NCBI GenBank assembly: GCA_963764725.1
Contig: CAVXTM010000015.1
Span: forward strand, 288,001 to 352,000
DNA from: an uncultured Gammaproteobacteria bacterium
GTDB lineage: Bacteria > Pseudomonadota > Gammaproteobacteria > JACCXJ01
DNA: 64,000 nucleotides
Direction of reading: 5' to 3'
In this document: piece by piece, positions 1 through 11,221 of the stretch
How positions within the stretch are numbered: position 1 is the stretch's first letter
Layout: each line of letters starts with the position of its first letter
Notes under the pieces: generated by a model
Told to the model about the DNA's origin: nothing
Databases searched by the model: none
Seen by the model: only the letters and a program-made list of their open reading frames with translations
Program-made: the position numbers and the translations under genes

Positions 1-39
1 AGCCGAACCCTATCGGTATAACGTGAAAGGAGATTGTTT

Positions 40-393
40 ATGACCTACATCGATGGATTTGTAGCTGCCGTGCCTACGGCCAACCGAGACATTTACAAGA
101 AGCATGCTGAAGACGCTGCCGTTGTTTTCAAGGAGTACGGCGCGCTGAAGCTGGTCGAGTGTTGGGGAGACGATGTCCCCGAGGGCAAGTTGACGTCTTT
201 TCCGATGGCGGTCAAGCGCAAGGATGATGAGACCGTCGTCTTTTCCTGGATTGTATGGCCTTCTCGTCAGGTGAGAGATGCGGGCATGAAGAAAGTGATG
301 GCCGACCCGCGGCTGCAGCCTGATACTAATCCGATGCCTTTTGATGGCACACGGATGATATACGGAGGTTTCGAAGTGATCGTGGATGTTTGA
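40..393 (+). CDS. DUF1428 (YbaA-like) protein
   Basis: MTYIDGFVAAVP...VECWGDDVPEGKLTSFPMAV...ETVVFSWIVWP...MPFDGxRMIYGGF is typical of DUF1428; GGAG RBS before ATG at 40. Confidence 0.9.
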   Translation: MTYIDGFVAAVPTANRDIYKKHAEDAAVVFKEYGALKLVECWGDDVPEGKLTSFPMAVKRKDDETVVFSWIVWPSRQVRDAGMKKVMADPRLQPDTNPMPFDGTRMIYGGFEVIVDV

Positions 394-570
394 TAGCGGC
401 GATTTTCGGCCCGAGCCGTTATATCTCAAAGTTGATGGGACTCGTGTTCGATATGACAAGACGATCGGCGGGAAATCTTCTTTCGCATTGCCAAGAAGGC
501 AAATCATTCGATTACGTTTCAACCATGACTCGAGAACGTTTTACTCACCACATCCTATAAGGAGGAATCC

Positions 571-1170
571 ATGCGTCACATAAAACTCGCTCTTACCGGT
601 TTCTGTGTTGTGCTGATGGCATCCGTTGCCATCGCGAAGGACAAGAAGGCGGAGAAACCGATGGACCCGCAGGCGATGATGGAGGTCTATGCGAAGCTGG
701 CGCAGCCTGGCGAGCCGCACAAGTTGTTTGCAAGTCTGGCCGGTAGCTGGACGACAAAAACCAAGGAGTGGATGGAACCCGGCAAGCCTCCAACGGAATC
801 AACCGGCTTCGCGGAAATGAAGATGTTGCTGGACGGGCGCTTTCTCTACCAGGAATTCACCGGCCAGATGATGGGACAACCTTTCTCCGGGATTGGCATC
901 GACGCCTACGACAACCTTCGAAAGAGATATGTCACCGCGTGGATGGATACCATGGGCACAGGGATCTTCACGATGGAAGGCACGGCGAGCGCGGATGGCA
1001 AGACCATTACACTGAAAGGGCAGCATGCTGAACCGGGCGGAGGGCACATGACGCATCGCGCCATCTGGAGGATTGTGGACAGCAATACCCAGACGTTTGA
1101 CATGTATGGGACTCACCACGGCGGCAAGGAAACGAAGATGATGGAGATCACGTACACGCGAAAGCTGTAG
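571..1170 (+). CDS. DUF1579 family exported protein
   Basis: Signal peptide, PGEPHKLFASLAGSW, GRFLYQE, YVTAWMDTMGTG; AAGGAGG RBS. Confidence 0.85.
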   Translation: MRHIKLALTGFCVVLMASVAIAKDKKAEKPMDPQAMMEVYAKLAQPGEPHKLFASLAGSWTTKTKEWMEPGKPPTESTGFAEMKMLLDGRFLYQEFTGQMMGQPFSGIGIDAYDNLRKRYVTAWMDTMGTGIFTMEGTASADGKTITLKGQHAEPGGGHMTHRAIWRIVDSNTQTFDMYGTHHGGKETKMMEITYTRKL

Positions 1171-1282
1171 CACGAAGGGCGACGAAAGAGCCATATGAAA
1201 AGTGAATCATTTGGCTCATTCTGCGCTGCGGGTATCGCCGCCCAGCCATGCGACACAGATCGTGGGTTGAATTAGGTGTAGT

Positions 1283-1321
1283 CGTAACCCAACGAATTGA
1301 CGCGCAAGATGTTGGGTTACG
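1283..1321. repeat. 11-bp perfect inverted repeat (REP-like or terminator) between convergent genes
   Basis: CGTAACCCAAC-N17-GTTGGGTTACG. Confidence 0.55.
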
Positions 1322-1353
1322 CGATAAACCTCGATTAGCCGCCGGATCCCCGA

Positions 1354-2397
1354 TCATTCGATCACCTGCGTCTGCCCGTGGCGGAGGACGAAAAACTCCT
1401 CCTCCGCCACACTTCGGGCCTGCCGTGCCGCGGCAAGATCGCGCAGCGGCTGATCCAGAGGCTCGATCGTCAGGTGCTCGAAGGTCCCCCAATGGATGCC
1501 GAGTGAGCGGCGTGCGCCGATCTCGCCGTGGATGCGCACCGCCTCCTCCGGATTGACGTGGTTGTTGCGCATGAACCAGCGCGGCTCGTAGTGGCCGATG
1601 GCGATGGCGGCGAGGTCGAACGGGCCGAGCCGGCGGCCGACCTCGGGGAAATCCTCCGAGTAGGCGGTATCGCCGGAGAAGAAGAAACGGAAGCCCGCGT
1701 GCTCCGCCGCCCAGCCGCCCCACAGGTTGCTGTTGCCGTCCCAGGGGGTGCGCGCGCTCCAGTGGTGCACCGGCACCAGCGTCACCATCACGCCCGCCAC
1801 CGCGCGGCTCTCCCACCAGTCGAGCGCCGCGACGTTCGCATCGGGCAGCCGGCGGCGGAACCAGCGCTCCAGCCCCAGCGGCACGGCGAAGCTGGGCGCT
1901 CCGCCGCGCTGGCGCGAAAGCGCCCGCACGCTGGGCAGATCCAGGTGGTCGTAGTGGTTGTGGGAGATCAGCACCAGATCGATGGGCGGCAGATCGCGCA
2001 GCGCGATGCCCGGCGCCTGGTGGCGCCGCGGGCCGGTAAAGGGCAGGGGCGAGGCGCGCCGCGAGAACATCGGATCGGTGATGAGGTTGCACCCGCCCGT
2101 CTGCACCAGCACGGTGGAATGCCCGATCCAGGTGACCGTGTGCCGCGTGCGGTTGGCCTGCAGCAGCGCCAGATCCGGCGCCACCGGCGAGAGGTCGACC
2201 TGCGGCGCGCTCGGCGGCGCCTGCGCTCCGAGATCGCGGTGCAGGCGTGCCAACTCCTCCTGCGTGGGCGGGACGCGGGGATGATTGTTGCGGAAGCCGT
2301 CCGGCGAGTGATGGCGCTTCGCCGCGTCGAAGTACGGGTTGTGCGGCTTCGGCCTCGGCAGCATGCGCACCAGACGCAATACCGACCAGTGGTTCAT
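1354..2397 (-). CDS. MBL-fold metallo-hydrolase (RomA/NAPE-PLD-like)
   Basis: TWIGHST, LITDPMFS, SHNHYDHLD, VHHWSAR, FSGDT, IHWGTF motifs. Confidence 0.9.
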   Translation of the reverse strand: MNHWSVLRLVRMLPRPKPHNPYFDAAKRHHSPDGFRNNHPRVPPTQEELARLHRDLGAQAPPSAPQVDLSPVAPDLALLQANRTRHTVTWIGHSTVLVQTGGCNLITDPMFSRRASPLPFTGPRRHQAPGIALRDLPPIDLVLISHNHYDHLDLPSVRALSRQRGGAPSFAVPLGLERWFRRRLPDANVAALDWWESRAVAGVMVTLVPVHHWSARTPWDGNSNLWGGWAAEHAGFRFFFSGDTAYSEDFPEVGRRLGPFDLAAIAIGHYEPRWFMRNNHVNPEEAVRIHGEIGARRSLGIHWGTFEHLTIEPLDQPLRDLAAARQARSVAEEEFFVLRHGQTQVIE

Positions 2398-2485
2398 GAG
2401 CCGCCCCGCTCGCGACGGCGCCCCGGCCTGCGTGATGTGCTGTAACGAGTCTGCATGGGTACGAACGCTTTGGCAGGTTGTGCAG

Positions 2486-2905
2486 TTATTCGCCGATGAT
2501 TTTCACCAGCACGCGCTTCTTGCGGCGACCATCGAACTCTCCGTAAAAAATCTGTTCCCAGGGGCCCACATCGAGCTGGCCGCTCGTTATCGCTACCACC
2601 ACCTCGCGCCCCATGATTTGGCGTTTTATGTGCGCATCGGCGTTGTCTTCACCCGTGTCGTTATGGCGATACTGACTGACCGGTGCATGGGGCGCGAGCT
2701 TCTCTAGCCAGGCTTGGTAGTCATGATGCAAGCCACGTTCATCGTCGTTGATGAACACACTCGCGGTGATATGCATCGCATTGACGAGAACCAGACCCTC
2801 TTGGACGCCACTTTCCACGACGCACTGCTCCACGTCCGGCGTGAGGTTCACAAATCCGACCCGAGTCGGAAGATTGAACCAGAGTTCTTTGCGGTAGCTT
2901 TTCAT
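2486..2905 (-). CDS. yjbQ: YjbQ/UPF0047 secondary thiamine-phosphate synthase family
   Basis: [10 protein letters not shown]...[15 protein letters not shown]...[12 protein letters not shown]...[13 protein letters not shown]. Confidence 0.9.
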   Translation of the reverse strand: MKSYRKELWFNLPTRVGFVNLTPDVEQCVVESGVQEGLVLVNAMHITASVFINDDERGLHHDYQAWLEKLAPHAPVSQYRHNDTGEDNADAHIKRQIMGREVVVAITSGQLDVGPWEQIFYGEFDGRRKKRVLVKIIGE

Positions 2906-3304
2906 CACGGTCGTGGACACCGGTCGATTCAGTGTCCGGATACGGTCGTCTTGAGTGCTATGATAGCCTGCCAATGCTGGGCTTTGCGATCATGGACTTC
3001 CGCGAGACGCCAACTGGTCCTGAAACTTGGCGCCTCGGCCCCATGAATGGCCTGAAAATTCCCCGCTGGACCTAAGACACGCGTGTTTGATAGCTACTGC
3101 AGCGCTCACCAAACAATCCAGGAGTCGCCCACCGGAGCCAATCTCTCCCACGGACAGCAACCGCGCACCAGAGGGCAGGGCCGCTACACTGCCGCGCCGG
3201 GTGGTTTCTCCCTGACGGAAAGGGAAGGCTGAGGTCCTTCCGGAGGGAGGGGGCTGATCGCGGACGGCCCGCAGGCTCGGGAGCAGCCCTTCTACACCCC
3301 GTTC

Positions 3305-4717
3305 TTACGCGTCGTAGTAAAGTGCGAACTCATACGGGTGCGGACGCAGCCGGATTGGATCACATTCCTTGGTGCGCTTGTAGTCGAGCCAGGTCTCGAT
3401 GACATCGGCGGTAAAGACATTTCCCCGGAACAAAAAGTCGTGATCTTTCTCTAGCGCATCGAGCGCGGCTTCGAGCGAAGCGGGACAGCTCGGGACCTTG
3501 GCCAGCTCTTCGGGGGGCAAGTCGTAGAGATTCTTGTCGAGCGGATCGCCCGGGTTGATCTTGTTCATGATGCCATCGAGGCCCGCCATCAACATCGCCG
3601 CGAACGCCAAATAGGGGTTGCAGGAGGGATCGGGGAAGCGGACTTCGATACGCTTGGCCTTGGGGCTCGGGGAATAAACCGGGATGCGGATCGACGCCGA
3701 GCGGTTGCGCGAGGAATAGGCCAGGTTGACGGGCGCCTCGAAGCCGGGCACGAGGCGCTTGTAGGAGTTGGTGGTCGGGGCCACGAAGGCGCAAAGCGCC
3801 GGGGCATGTTTCAAGATGCCTCCGATGTACCACAGGCAGAGATCGCTCACCCCGGCGTATTTGTCGCCGGCAAAGAGCGGCTGACCGCCTTTCCAGATAC
3901 TCTGGTGGGTGTGCATGCCCGATCCGTTATCCCCGAACAGCGGTTTCGGCATGAAGGTGACGGTCTTGCCGTGTCGCAAGGCGACGTTTTTGACGATGTA
4001 CTTGTACATCATCATCTTGTCGGCCATGCGGGTGAGCGAGTCGTAAAGCAGATCGATCTCCGCTTGCCCCGCAGTGGCCACTTCGTGATGGTGCTTTTCG
4101 ACCACGATCCCGGCCTTCTCCATCTCCAGGATCATCTCGGTGCGAATGTCTTGCTGCGAGTCGGTCGGGGGTACGGGGAAGTAGCCTTCCTTGTGGCGCG
4201 GTTTGTGGCCCAGGTTCGGGCCTTTGTCGCTCCCCGAGGCCCACACCCCTTCCGCGGACTCGACGTAATAATATCCCTCGTGGGCATTTTGGTCGAAGCG
4301 AATGCCGTCGAAGATGAAGAACTCCGCTTCCGGCCCGAAGTACGCGACATCGCCAATGCCGGAGCTCTTCAGGTAATTTTCAGCCTTGGCCGCGACGTAG
4401 CGGGGGTCGCGCGAATATTGCTCGCGGGTGACCGGATCGACGATATTGCAGATCAACGAGAGGGTCGGGCATTCGGTAAAGGGGTCGATGACGGCCGTGA
4501 CCGGGTCCGGCACCACCATCATGTCGCTGGCATGGATCGCTTGCCAGCCCCGGATGCTGGATCCGTCAAAACCCAATCCTTCGTCGAAGATTTCCGGCGC
4601 GGCCTGGCTCACCGGTATCGAAAAATGCTGCCAGGTGCCGGGGAAATCCTGGAACTTGAGGTCCAGGATTTCAATGTTCTTGGCCTTGATGAGATCGATG
4701 ATTTCTTTCGGTGTCAT
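3305..4717 (-). CDS. glnA: Glutamine synthetase type I
   Basis: [51 protein letters not shown]; adenylylation motif NLYDLP. Confidence 0.97.
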   Translation of the reverse strand: MTPKEIIDLIKAKNIEILDLKFQDFPGTWQHFSIPVSQAAPEIFDEGLGFDGSSIRGWQAIHASDMMVVPDPVTAVIDPFTECPTLSLICNIVDPVTREQYSRDPRYVAAKAENYLKSSGIGDVAYFGPEAEFFIFDGIRFDQNAHEGYYYVESAEGVWASGSDKGPNLGHKPRHKEGYFPVPPTDSQQDIRTEMILEMEKAGIVVEKHHHEVATAGQAEIDLLYDSLTRMADKMMMYKYIVKNVALRHGKTVTFMPKPLFGDNGSGMHTHQSIWKGGQPLFAGDKYAGVSDLCLWYIGGILKHAPALCAFVAPTTNSYKRLVPGFEAPVNLAYSSRNRSASIRIPVYSPSPKAKRIEVRFPDPSCNPYLAFAAMLMAGLDGIMNKINPGDPLDKNLYDLPPEELAKVPSCPASLEAALDALEKDHDFLFRGNVFTADVIETWLDYKRTKECDPIRLRPHPYEFALYYDA

Positions 4718-4854
4718 GGATGGCTCTCCTCGTTTTTAGCTGGGATCGCTCTGCCGAGCGCCCCCGATTCTTATTAGGAGGATGCTCCGGGCATCCTCTC
4801 CCGCGGAAAAGTATAGCGCGTGTCAACCGCCGCTCGCTATCGGTCGATTGTCCG

Positions 4855-7043
4855 TTATCCTCCCGGCTCCACCACCTCGAGCTCCCGCAGCCGGTGCCGG
4901 AACTCTTCGGTCACCGCGCGCGCCTCGGCTTGATCGCGTACGGCCCGGGGGGTCATCAGGACCATTAACTCCTGGCGCTCGGCGTTGTCCGTGGTGGTGC
5001 TGAACAGAGCCCCGAGCACCGGGATATCCTTGAGGAACGGGATACCTCTGTTCGACTCGGTTTTGTTCTCGCTGATCAAGCCGCCGAGCACAAGTGTCTC
5101 GCCGCTCTGGACGGTGACTGTGCTCTCTATGTTGCGTTTGATGAACGCGGGATTTCCCCCAGGGTTTGTGCTCTGGTCGACAGCGGTATTGACTTCGGAT
5201 ACCTCCTGTTTGAGCTCCAGGGTGATGCGACCGCCGAGGTTGACACGAGGCGTCACCTCGAGGATCACGCCGACGTCCTTGAACTCGACCGAATTGACTA
5301 TGTTGGGGTCTTGGGCGGTCACCGCCTGCTGCTGCTGTGTGGTGACCGGCACCTCATCCACCACCTCAATGATTGCAGTTTGGTTGTCGAGTACCATCAA
5401 GGAAGGCGAAGACAGGACGTTCAGCTTGTTTTGCGAAGCCAGCGCGTTCAATAGGGCCTTAACTTCGTTGCCTGAGAGTAGCGCATAGGTAAAGCCTGCG
5501 CCTGGTACAAACGGGGTTACAAACGGACACCAACCCCCGGGGTAACCCCCAAGCGCAGCGAACCCTGGCCAGTGGTGCCGCCTCCTGGTCCGGTGTTCCT
5601 AAACAGCCACTCGACCCCATATTGCAAATTATCCGTCAGCGTGATGTCGACGACAGTGGCTTCGATCAGCACCTGCAGCGGGATGACATCCAGGCGTCTT
5701 AGTGCCGACTCGATCATCTTGTAGTCCTGCGGCTTGGCCATGATCAGAAGCGCGTTGTTGGTCTCATCGGCAGTGATGCGCAGGGTCTCGGTCTCCACCA
5801 CCGAGACTGCGGCAGCGCCCTCGCGGCGCTCGCCGCTCCGTCGTCGACGGTCGGACCCGCCCATCCTCTCGCGTTCGCCTTCCTGCGGTTCGCTCTCGAG
5901 GCTCGCGAGGGTCTCTCCCGGCGCGGCCTCGGGCTCCGGTGCAGTCGGTTCGCCCGCCTTGGCCTCGGCGCCGAAGATCCCGCCGAGCACGGCGGCAAGG
6001 TCGGCCGCTTTGCCGTTCTGTACGCGATAAACATAGAGACGCGGGCTGACCGATTCGCCTATTTGATCCAAGCGTTCGACCCAGTTCCGCGCCTGGTCAA
6101 GGTAGCCCGGATGCGAGGAGACGACGAGCAGCGCGTTGAGGCGCTCCACCGGCACCATCCGGACAACACCGGTCAGGGGACTGTCTTTCTCTCCGAGGAT
6201 CTTCTCCAGCTCGCCGTGCAGCGTCTTGACATCGGCGTGCTGAAGCTTGAACAGCGCCATCGACATCCCGCTGAGCCAGTCCACGTCGAACAGCTCCACA
6301 AGCTCCACGGCCGCTTGGATTTCCTGCTCGCTTCCGGTCAGGATCAAAAGGTTGCGCTGCGGGTCTACGATTTGCGGCGCGTCTTGGGGCAAGAAGGGCT
6401 CGATTAACTTGTGGAGCTCGCGGGCGGAGGCGTAACGCAGCGGTACGACGCGAATCGAATAGCCACGCGCCGCGGCGAGCCGGCTCACCGACGACGGCGG
6501 GGAACCGCGGGCCGCTTGCGGGGAGGGGAGGATCTTGTACATGCCTTCGGCTTGCAGCAACGAGGCGCCGTTCAAGCGCAGCAGGTTTTCCAGCGTCGGT
6601 AATAACTCGTGCCGCTTGAGCGGCCGGGTCGTCTGAATCGTGGTCGTTCCCGCCACCTTCGGGTCGATGAAATAGTTCTCCTTGAGGAGATCGCCCAGGA
6701 CCGCCTTGACCACCTCCTGCAAATCGGTGTTTTCGAAGTTGAGCGTGTATTCTCCCGTATCGTCGCTCGGCGGTGGACCTTTGTATCCGCCTTGCGGTTT
6801 CACGAAAGTGCCGCTCCCGGGATACATCTCGACTTCGGTCTTAAGGGGTTTCTTGTCGTCGGGTTCTTCGAGCGGGATCATTTCTGTGATGGGCGGAGGC
6901 GCGGGCTGGACCACCGGGGGCGGCGCGCCGCGGACAGGAGCGCCCGGTTCCGCCTCGTGGGGACGCGAGGCGGTACAGGCGCCACCCACGGCAATGCCGG
7001 CAGCCACGAACGTCCATCGAACCCACAGCGCGCTAAGGTCCAT
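4855..7043 (-). CDS. gspD: T2SS secretin GspD, split by an apparent 1-bp deletion near 5525
   Basis: ORFs 5517-7043 (lipoprotein signal, LNFENTDLQEVV, QVLIEATVVDI) and 4855-5451 (VQSGETLVLGGLI, GIPFLKDIPVLGALF) form one secretin. Confidence 0.9.
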
Positions 7044-7185
7044 TACAGCTTGATAACCCCAATTGTGCTAAGTGCAGAGGGACCGGTGTTGGCCCGCGGA
7101 GATTTCTGGCGCTACTATAAACAAACGTAGAATAAAAATCTCCTTAGTCATGGTGTTATCCGATAAATATAAGATCACTTCGATA

Positions 7186-7845
7186 TTAGGCCGCCTTAAT
7201 CGTGCGGGGCAACTCTCGGGTGGTTCGCCGGATTCCAGGGGTGGCGCCTGGGGTGGCGCCTCGGGGTGGCGCGGCGGGATTTCGTGGCGCGCGGACGGGA
7301 GGTTGCCTGCGGGCCAGAAGCGCGGCGCGCTGGGCAGCCACCTTGAACTTCTCCGGCGTTTTGCGGAGCAGCGGTAGACGTTCTTGTTCGCGCTCCCGCG
7401 TGAATATAACAGCGTCATGCTCAATCGCTTTCACGGTCCAGCCATGAAACTCCTGGCCATCCGCGACGCGCTGGAGCTTGTCGTCCTTAATTCCGCGAAT
7501 CAAAGCGAAGCGTTGCTCGGGTGTGATCACGACGGCCGAGACGGCATACTTGCTCAAGGGCGTATCCGAGGTGGGCTGCGTCGCGGCGCCGGTATTCGCG
7601 CTCGGTGCCGGACGGCGTGTCTTCAAGAATAGGGGACGGGTGATGATTTCCTGGAATTGATTCAACGGCGGTAAGGTAAAATCGCTTTCGACGGCGGGCG
7701 CCTTCCAAGGCAGGTCCGTCGATGCCGCGTCGACCCGCACTGGTTTTGAAGGGACGGCAAACTCATAGGCGAGCACGAGACCCAGTAGCGTACACAGCGC
7801 GCCCAGGGTCATGGTGACGGCACTCATGGATCCCAGCCATTTCAT
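7186..7845 (-). CDS. T2SS XpsN/GspC-like bitopic protein
   Basis: N-terminal TM, RPLFLKTRRP motif, position between gspM and gspD. Confidence 0.7.
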   Translation of the reverse strand: MKWLGSMSAVTMTLGALCTLLGLVLAYEFAVPSKPVRVDAASTDLPWKAPAVESDFTLPPLNQFQEIITRPLFLKTRRPAPSANTGAATQPTSDTPLSKYAVSAVVITPEQRFALIRGIKDDKLQRVADGQEFHGWTVKAIEHDAVIFTREREQERLPLLRKTPEKFKVAAQRAALLARRQPPVRAPRNPAAPPRGATPGATPGIRRTTRELPRTIKAA

Positions 7846-8441
7846 GACTTCTCAAGCGCCATGTAGCCGGAGAGACTAAAGCGAATATCCATCTCGTCAT
7901 TCGCTGGTTTCCCCGGCCGGAACTGGTAAGCGCTCCGGCCGCGTAGATACACTTGATCGACAAACATGCGCGGCTGTCCTGCCTCTAAGGTGTGAAACAC
8001 GCGTTGTACCGTCTCGGTGGAACCCAACATTTGGACCTTGATCGATACGGGCTGCTTGGCGTCGGCTTTGCCCCCGTCCTCCGTCGTGTCGGGCATGATC
8101 TGTATGCTATTGAGCCGTCCGGCGTTTGCTTCAACGACCTTCTTCACATGCTGTTGCATCTCCGCGGCCGCGAGTGCGCGCGTCTTGCCCTGCAAATACC
8201 CGCGTTGTTGCTTGGATAGTTGCTCCTTGAGCCGCACAAACTGTTGCTGTAAATCGCTGCTACGGCTAGCGACGCGCTCGTAACCGGCCAATCGATTCTG
8301 GAGATCTGAGATCCGCTCTCCGTAATCTCCGTACATCGAAACCAGCGGTTGAATCAAGACCATGTACAACGCGGCGAGCAGCAGCAAGAGTAGGCCGACG
8401 GCCACCCCTTGGCGTTGACCCGCAGTGAGGCGCTCCATCAC
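7842..8441 (-). CDS. gspM: T2SS protein GspM
   Basis: TM, coiled coil, AAAEMQQHVKKVV, LEAGQPRMFVD; operon position. Confidence 0.85.
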   Translation of the reverse strand: MMERLTAGQRQGVAVGLLLLLLAALYMVLIQPLVSMYGDYGERISDLQNRLAGYERVASRSSDLQQQFVRLKEQLSKQQRGYLQGKTRALAAAEMQQHVKKVVEANAGRLNSIQIMPDTTEDGGKADAKQPVSIKVQMLGSTETVQRVFHTLEAGQPRMFVDQVYLRGRSAYQFRPGKPANDEMDIRFSLSGYMALEKS

Positions 8442-9550
8442 GATGAGCCCGCCTCCGCAACCACTTCGGCGGCGAGATTGAAACGCTCGGCGCCGGTCAA
8501 GCGGTTTTGGGTCACGGGCGACCGAAACGAGGCATTCTTGAATAACGGCGATGCCTCTATGAGGCCAATGACCGCTGAGGAGGTGGAAGATTCACCTTGC
8601 ATCGTCATTTCCGTCCCGCTGATCTCAAACTGGTACAGCCAGGTGTCGTCGGGAAGCACGCGGGTAAGCTCGTCCAGAACCCCGATCGTTACGGGCGTTG
8701 TTTTCTTTTTTTCGATGAGAAAGCGGGAGTCGCTGGCCAAGACTTCGAGCTGCCGATGCAGATCGTCCACGGCCTGGGCTTGTGTCTTAACTTCGGCGAT
8801 TCGGCTCTCGATCTCGGTAATGGACCGCTGCTTCTGTATCAAGGGTACGGCCACGGCGCCGGCTAGTAGACCGGCGGCCGCGGCTGCGAGGGCGAGATTC
8901 AGGCCTTGCCAGACAGGCGTTTTCACCCGTCGCCGGTCGAGCGGCAGTAAATTGATCTCATGGCCGTTGCCTCTCGCTTCCGGCGTCCGTACCCGGTCGG
9001 GATGCAGACCGAACGGCGCGAGCTTGCCGAGGATCTCATCCAATGAGGCGCGGGGGATGGCAACCACCTCGACCCGCAAACGCTTTGCTGCCGTAACTCG
9101 CTCGAGGACACGAAAGTCGTAGTAGACCTGGCCGGCTTTAAACGGCGTCTCCTGGTCCATGGCGTAACCGAGGACCTCCCTGAGGTTTTCCTCGGCAGCC
9201 AGCGGCAGGTGCACCTCCCGGCGCAACACGCGCTGCGGCGGTAGTTCAAGTATCACTTCGGTTGCGGGCGTCCGATCACTCCCGAGATGCCGCAATGCCG
9301 CCAAAGCAGCCTCCGACGGCGCGGTGGTAGAGAAGCGGGAACGCGGGACCGCCGGATCATGCCCGTCGGTCTCTCGAACAACCTCGATCTCGGTGTCGAG
9401 CCACTGAATGACCCAGCGTTCCGGCTCTATGTTCGCCAGCCGCCGTATCGAGTCCGGCAACAGCATCCAAAGCTCGCTCGACCACCAATCGAAGAACGCG
9501 CGTGCCTGTGCCCGCACCCAATCGATGTTTAGCCTCGAGTCGCTAGACAC
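8438..9550 (-). CDS. gspL: T2SS protein GspL (PilN-like C-terminus)
   Basis: FFDWWSSEL, LPLAAEENLREVLGYAMDQETPF, INLLP, LPDDTWL. Confidence 0.85.
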   Translation of the reverse strand: MSSDSRLNIDWVRAQARAFFDWWSSELWMLLPDSIRRLANIEPERWVIQWLDTEIEVVRETDGHDPAVPRSRFSTTAPSEAALAALRHLGSDRTPATEVILELPPQRVLRREVHLPLAAEENLREVLGYAMDQETPFKAGQVYYDFRVLERVTAAKRLRVEVVAIPRASLDEILGKLAPFGLHPDRVRTPEARGNGHEINLLPLDRRRVKTPVWQGLNLALAAAAAGLLAGAVAVPLIQKQRSITEIESRIAEVKTQAQAVDDLHRQLEVLASDSRFLIEKKKTTPVTIGVLDELTRVLPDDTWLYQFEISGTEMTMQGESSTSSAVIGLIEASPLFKNASFRSPVTQNRLTGAERFNLAAEVVAEAGSS

Positions 9551-9574
9551 TGCTCATCACCAATCTAAGAACTG

Positions 9575-10486
9575 TCAAACGCCTTCCTGCCACGCAAGCA
9601 CGCTATACGGTTTCCCGGAGCGGTGAATTAGTTTTATTATTGCGGCGACGGACGCCAGCGTCTGGCCCGGTAACCTAGCTTCGGCTCGCACCGTATAGAT
9701 TACACCATTACTTGGCACAACGAAGCGGGCGTCGATGATCGGCTTGAGCGCATCGCGCCGGTTCTCGCCCGGTTCCTCGGCGTTGTCGCGCCGGCGGGCA
9801 AGGACCTCCTCGAGATCGCGGCCGGTGTCTTCACCGGACAGCAGCAATGCGCGCAGTACCTCGGGCGGAGCCACCTTATCGTCTATCCCGGCCGAATGGG
9901 AGTGCACGGTAAGCGCGGGCCGCAGACGCTTGAACAAGCGTGGTGTCACACCGAGCACCTGTTGCAGTTCCTCGACCGTATTAAACGTAGCGTCCTTGGC
10001 CCCGTGGGTCCTGCCGGCCGCTTCGTATTCTTGATCTTCGGCGCCGTTCAAGCGCCGCAAGCTATCCGGGTCGCGCCAGTCTTCTATCGCGTCGAGTAGC
10101 GCGTCGCGCCGGTCGTCTTCGATATCCGATGCCCGGAGCAAGGCGTCGAGGAGGCCGCGTTGAGCGCTATTGAGGTCGACCTTGCCTGCTTCGTCCTGCA
10201 GTGACACCGTGATCGACGCCCCCCCGAAGCGGATCCGGTGGCGGCTGCCATCGCCACGCCAGCGGCGCAAGCGATCGGGGTTCGTAAGCTCTAGGATGCC
10301 CCGATACAGGCCCGCCTCGGCGAGCGCGCGGGCCTGTGCCTGTACCACGAGATCGTGAGCCAGCGTGGTCTCGGTCCGCATGCTGAACGCCAGGCTGGCG
10401 GCCACGGTACTGAGCAAGGCGACGACCCAGAGGACGATCACGAGCGCGAATCCCTGCTCCGTCGCCGACGCCCGTATCGCTTTCAT
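9575..10486 (-). CDS. gspK: T2SS minor pseudopilin GspK
   Basis: GFALVIVLWVV, DEAGKVDLN, AIEDWRDPD, EELQQVLGVT. Confidence 0.92.
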   Translation of the reverse strand: MKAIRASATEQGFALVIVLWVVALLSTVAASLAFSMRTETTLAHDLVVQAQARALAEAGLYRGILELTNPDRLRRWRGDGSRHRIRFGGASITVSLQDEAGKVDLNSAQRGLLDALLRASDIEDDRRDALLDAIEDWRDPDSLRRLNGAEDQEYEAAGRTHGAKDATFNTVEELQQVLGVTPRLFKRLRPALTVHSHSAGIDDKVAPPEVLRALLLSGEDTGRDLEEVLARRRDNAEEPGENRRDALKPIIDARFVVPSNGVIYTVRAEARLPGQTLASVAAIIKLIHRSGKPYSVLAWQEGV

Positions 10487-10507
10487 AGTGCGTAAACGTC
10501 CAGGAGG

Positions 10508-11221
10508 CTAGAAATCATCGGGACCCTCCTCGCCGACCTCATCAAAATCGAGGTTCGCGTCCGATTCTTCCGCGGATTCGGGCGGCTGCATGAGCAGTTG
10601 TGGTTCGCCGGCGTCCGGTTCCGCGTGGACCGGGATCACGAGCACGGGCCAGGCGCCGTGCCTTGCGGTCTTGATATTGAGCCGTACCCGCGTCGGCAGC
10701 CGTTTGTTGTCGTTCCAGGTGTCGTGCCACGCGGTGACGCGGCGGGATCTGCCGTAGTAGGAGAACAGGGCGTTCTGAACGTGGTTGAGCATCACGGTTC
10801 GGCGGGCGTGCTCGGGGGCAACCAACGGGTCGTCGAGATCGGGTTCGGCGCGCCAATAGGTGAATACGAGCTGGCCACCGCTGACGAGCTCGATCGCGCC
10901 GATATAAAGCCCGCCCGGCTCGCCCCGGATGGGCGAGTCGGCGGTAAAGATTAGGGATCGAGATCCGCCGCGAAATACAAGCTGCTGTTGGGCTTGGTCT
11001 AGCCAGACCAGGGGATAGGCGCGGCTTACCTGGCGCGAAATGAAACCGGCGACCGCCCGCTGATCCTCGGTCATCGCCGCCCGCGTCTCGGCGGCATCGG
11101 AAGCGCGGGTCCCGACCCGCAATCCGCTGTAGAGCGCCACCATGATGAGGCCGGTGAGTGTAAGTGCGAGCAAGAGTTCGACGAGCGTGAATCCGCCGCC
11201 CGCGCGTTGCCGCGTCGTCAT
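10508..11221 (-). CDS. gspJ: T2SS minor pseudopilin GspJ
   Basis: Prepilin motif GFTLVELLLAL; start at MTTRQR overlapping the gspI stop. Confidence 0.85.
   Translation of the reverse strand: MTTRQRAGGGFTLVELLLALTLTGLIMVALYSGLRVGTRASDAAETRAAMTEDQRAVAGFISRQVSRAYPLVWLDQAQQQLVFRGGSRSLIFTADSPIRGEPGGLYIGAIELVSGGQLVFTYWRAEPDLDDPLVAPEHARRTVMLNHVQNALFSYYGRSRRVTAWHDTWNDNKRLPTRVRLNIKTARHGAWPVLVIPVHAEPDAGEPQLLMQPPESAEESDANLDFDEVGEEGPDDF

Noticed and set aside
1148-2445. Long alternative ORFs (1148-2092, 1528-2445)
   Set aside because: Shadow frames of the GC-rich MBL gene with Arg/Ala/Pro-rich translations and no motifs.
3806-4777. 323-aa plus-strand ORF
   Set aside because: Antisense shadow of glnA.
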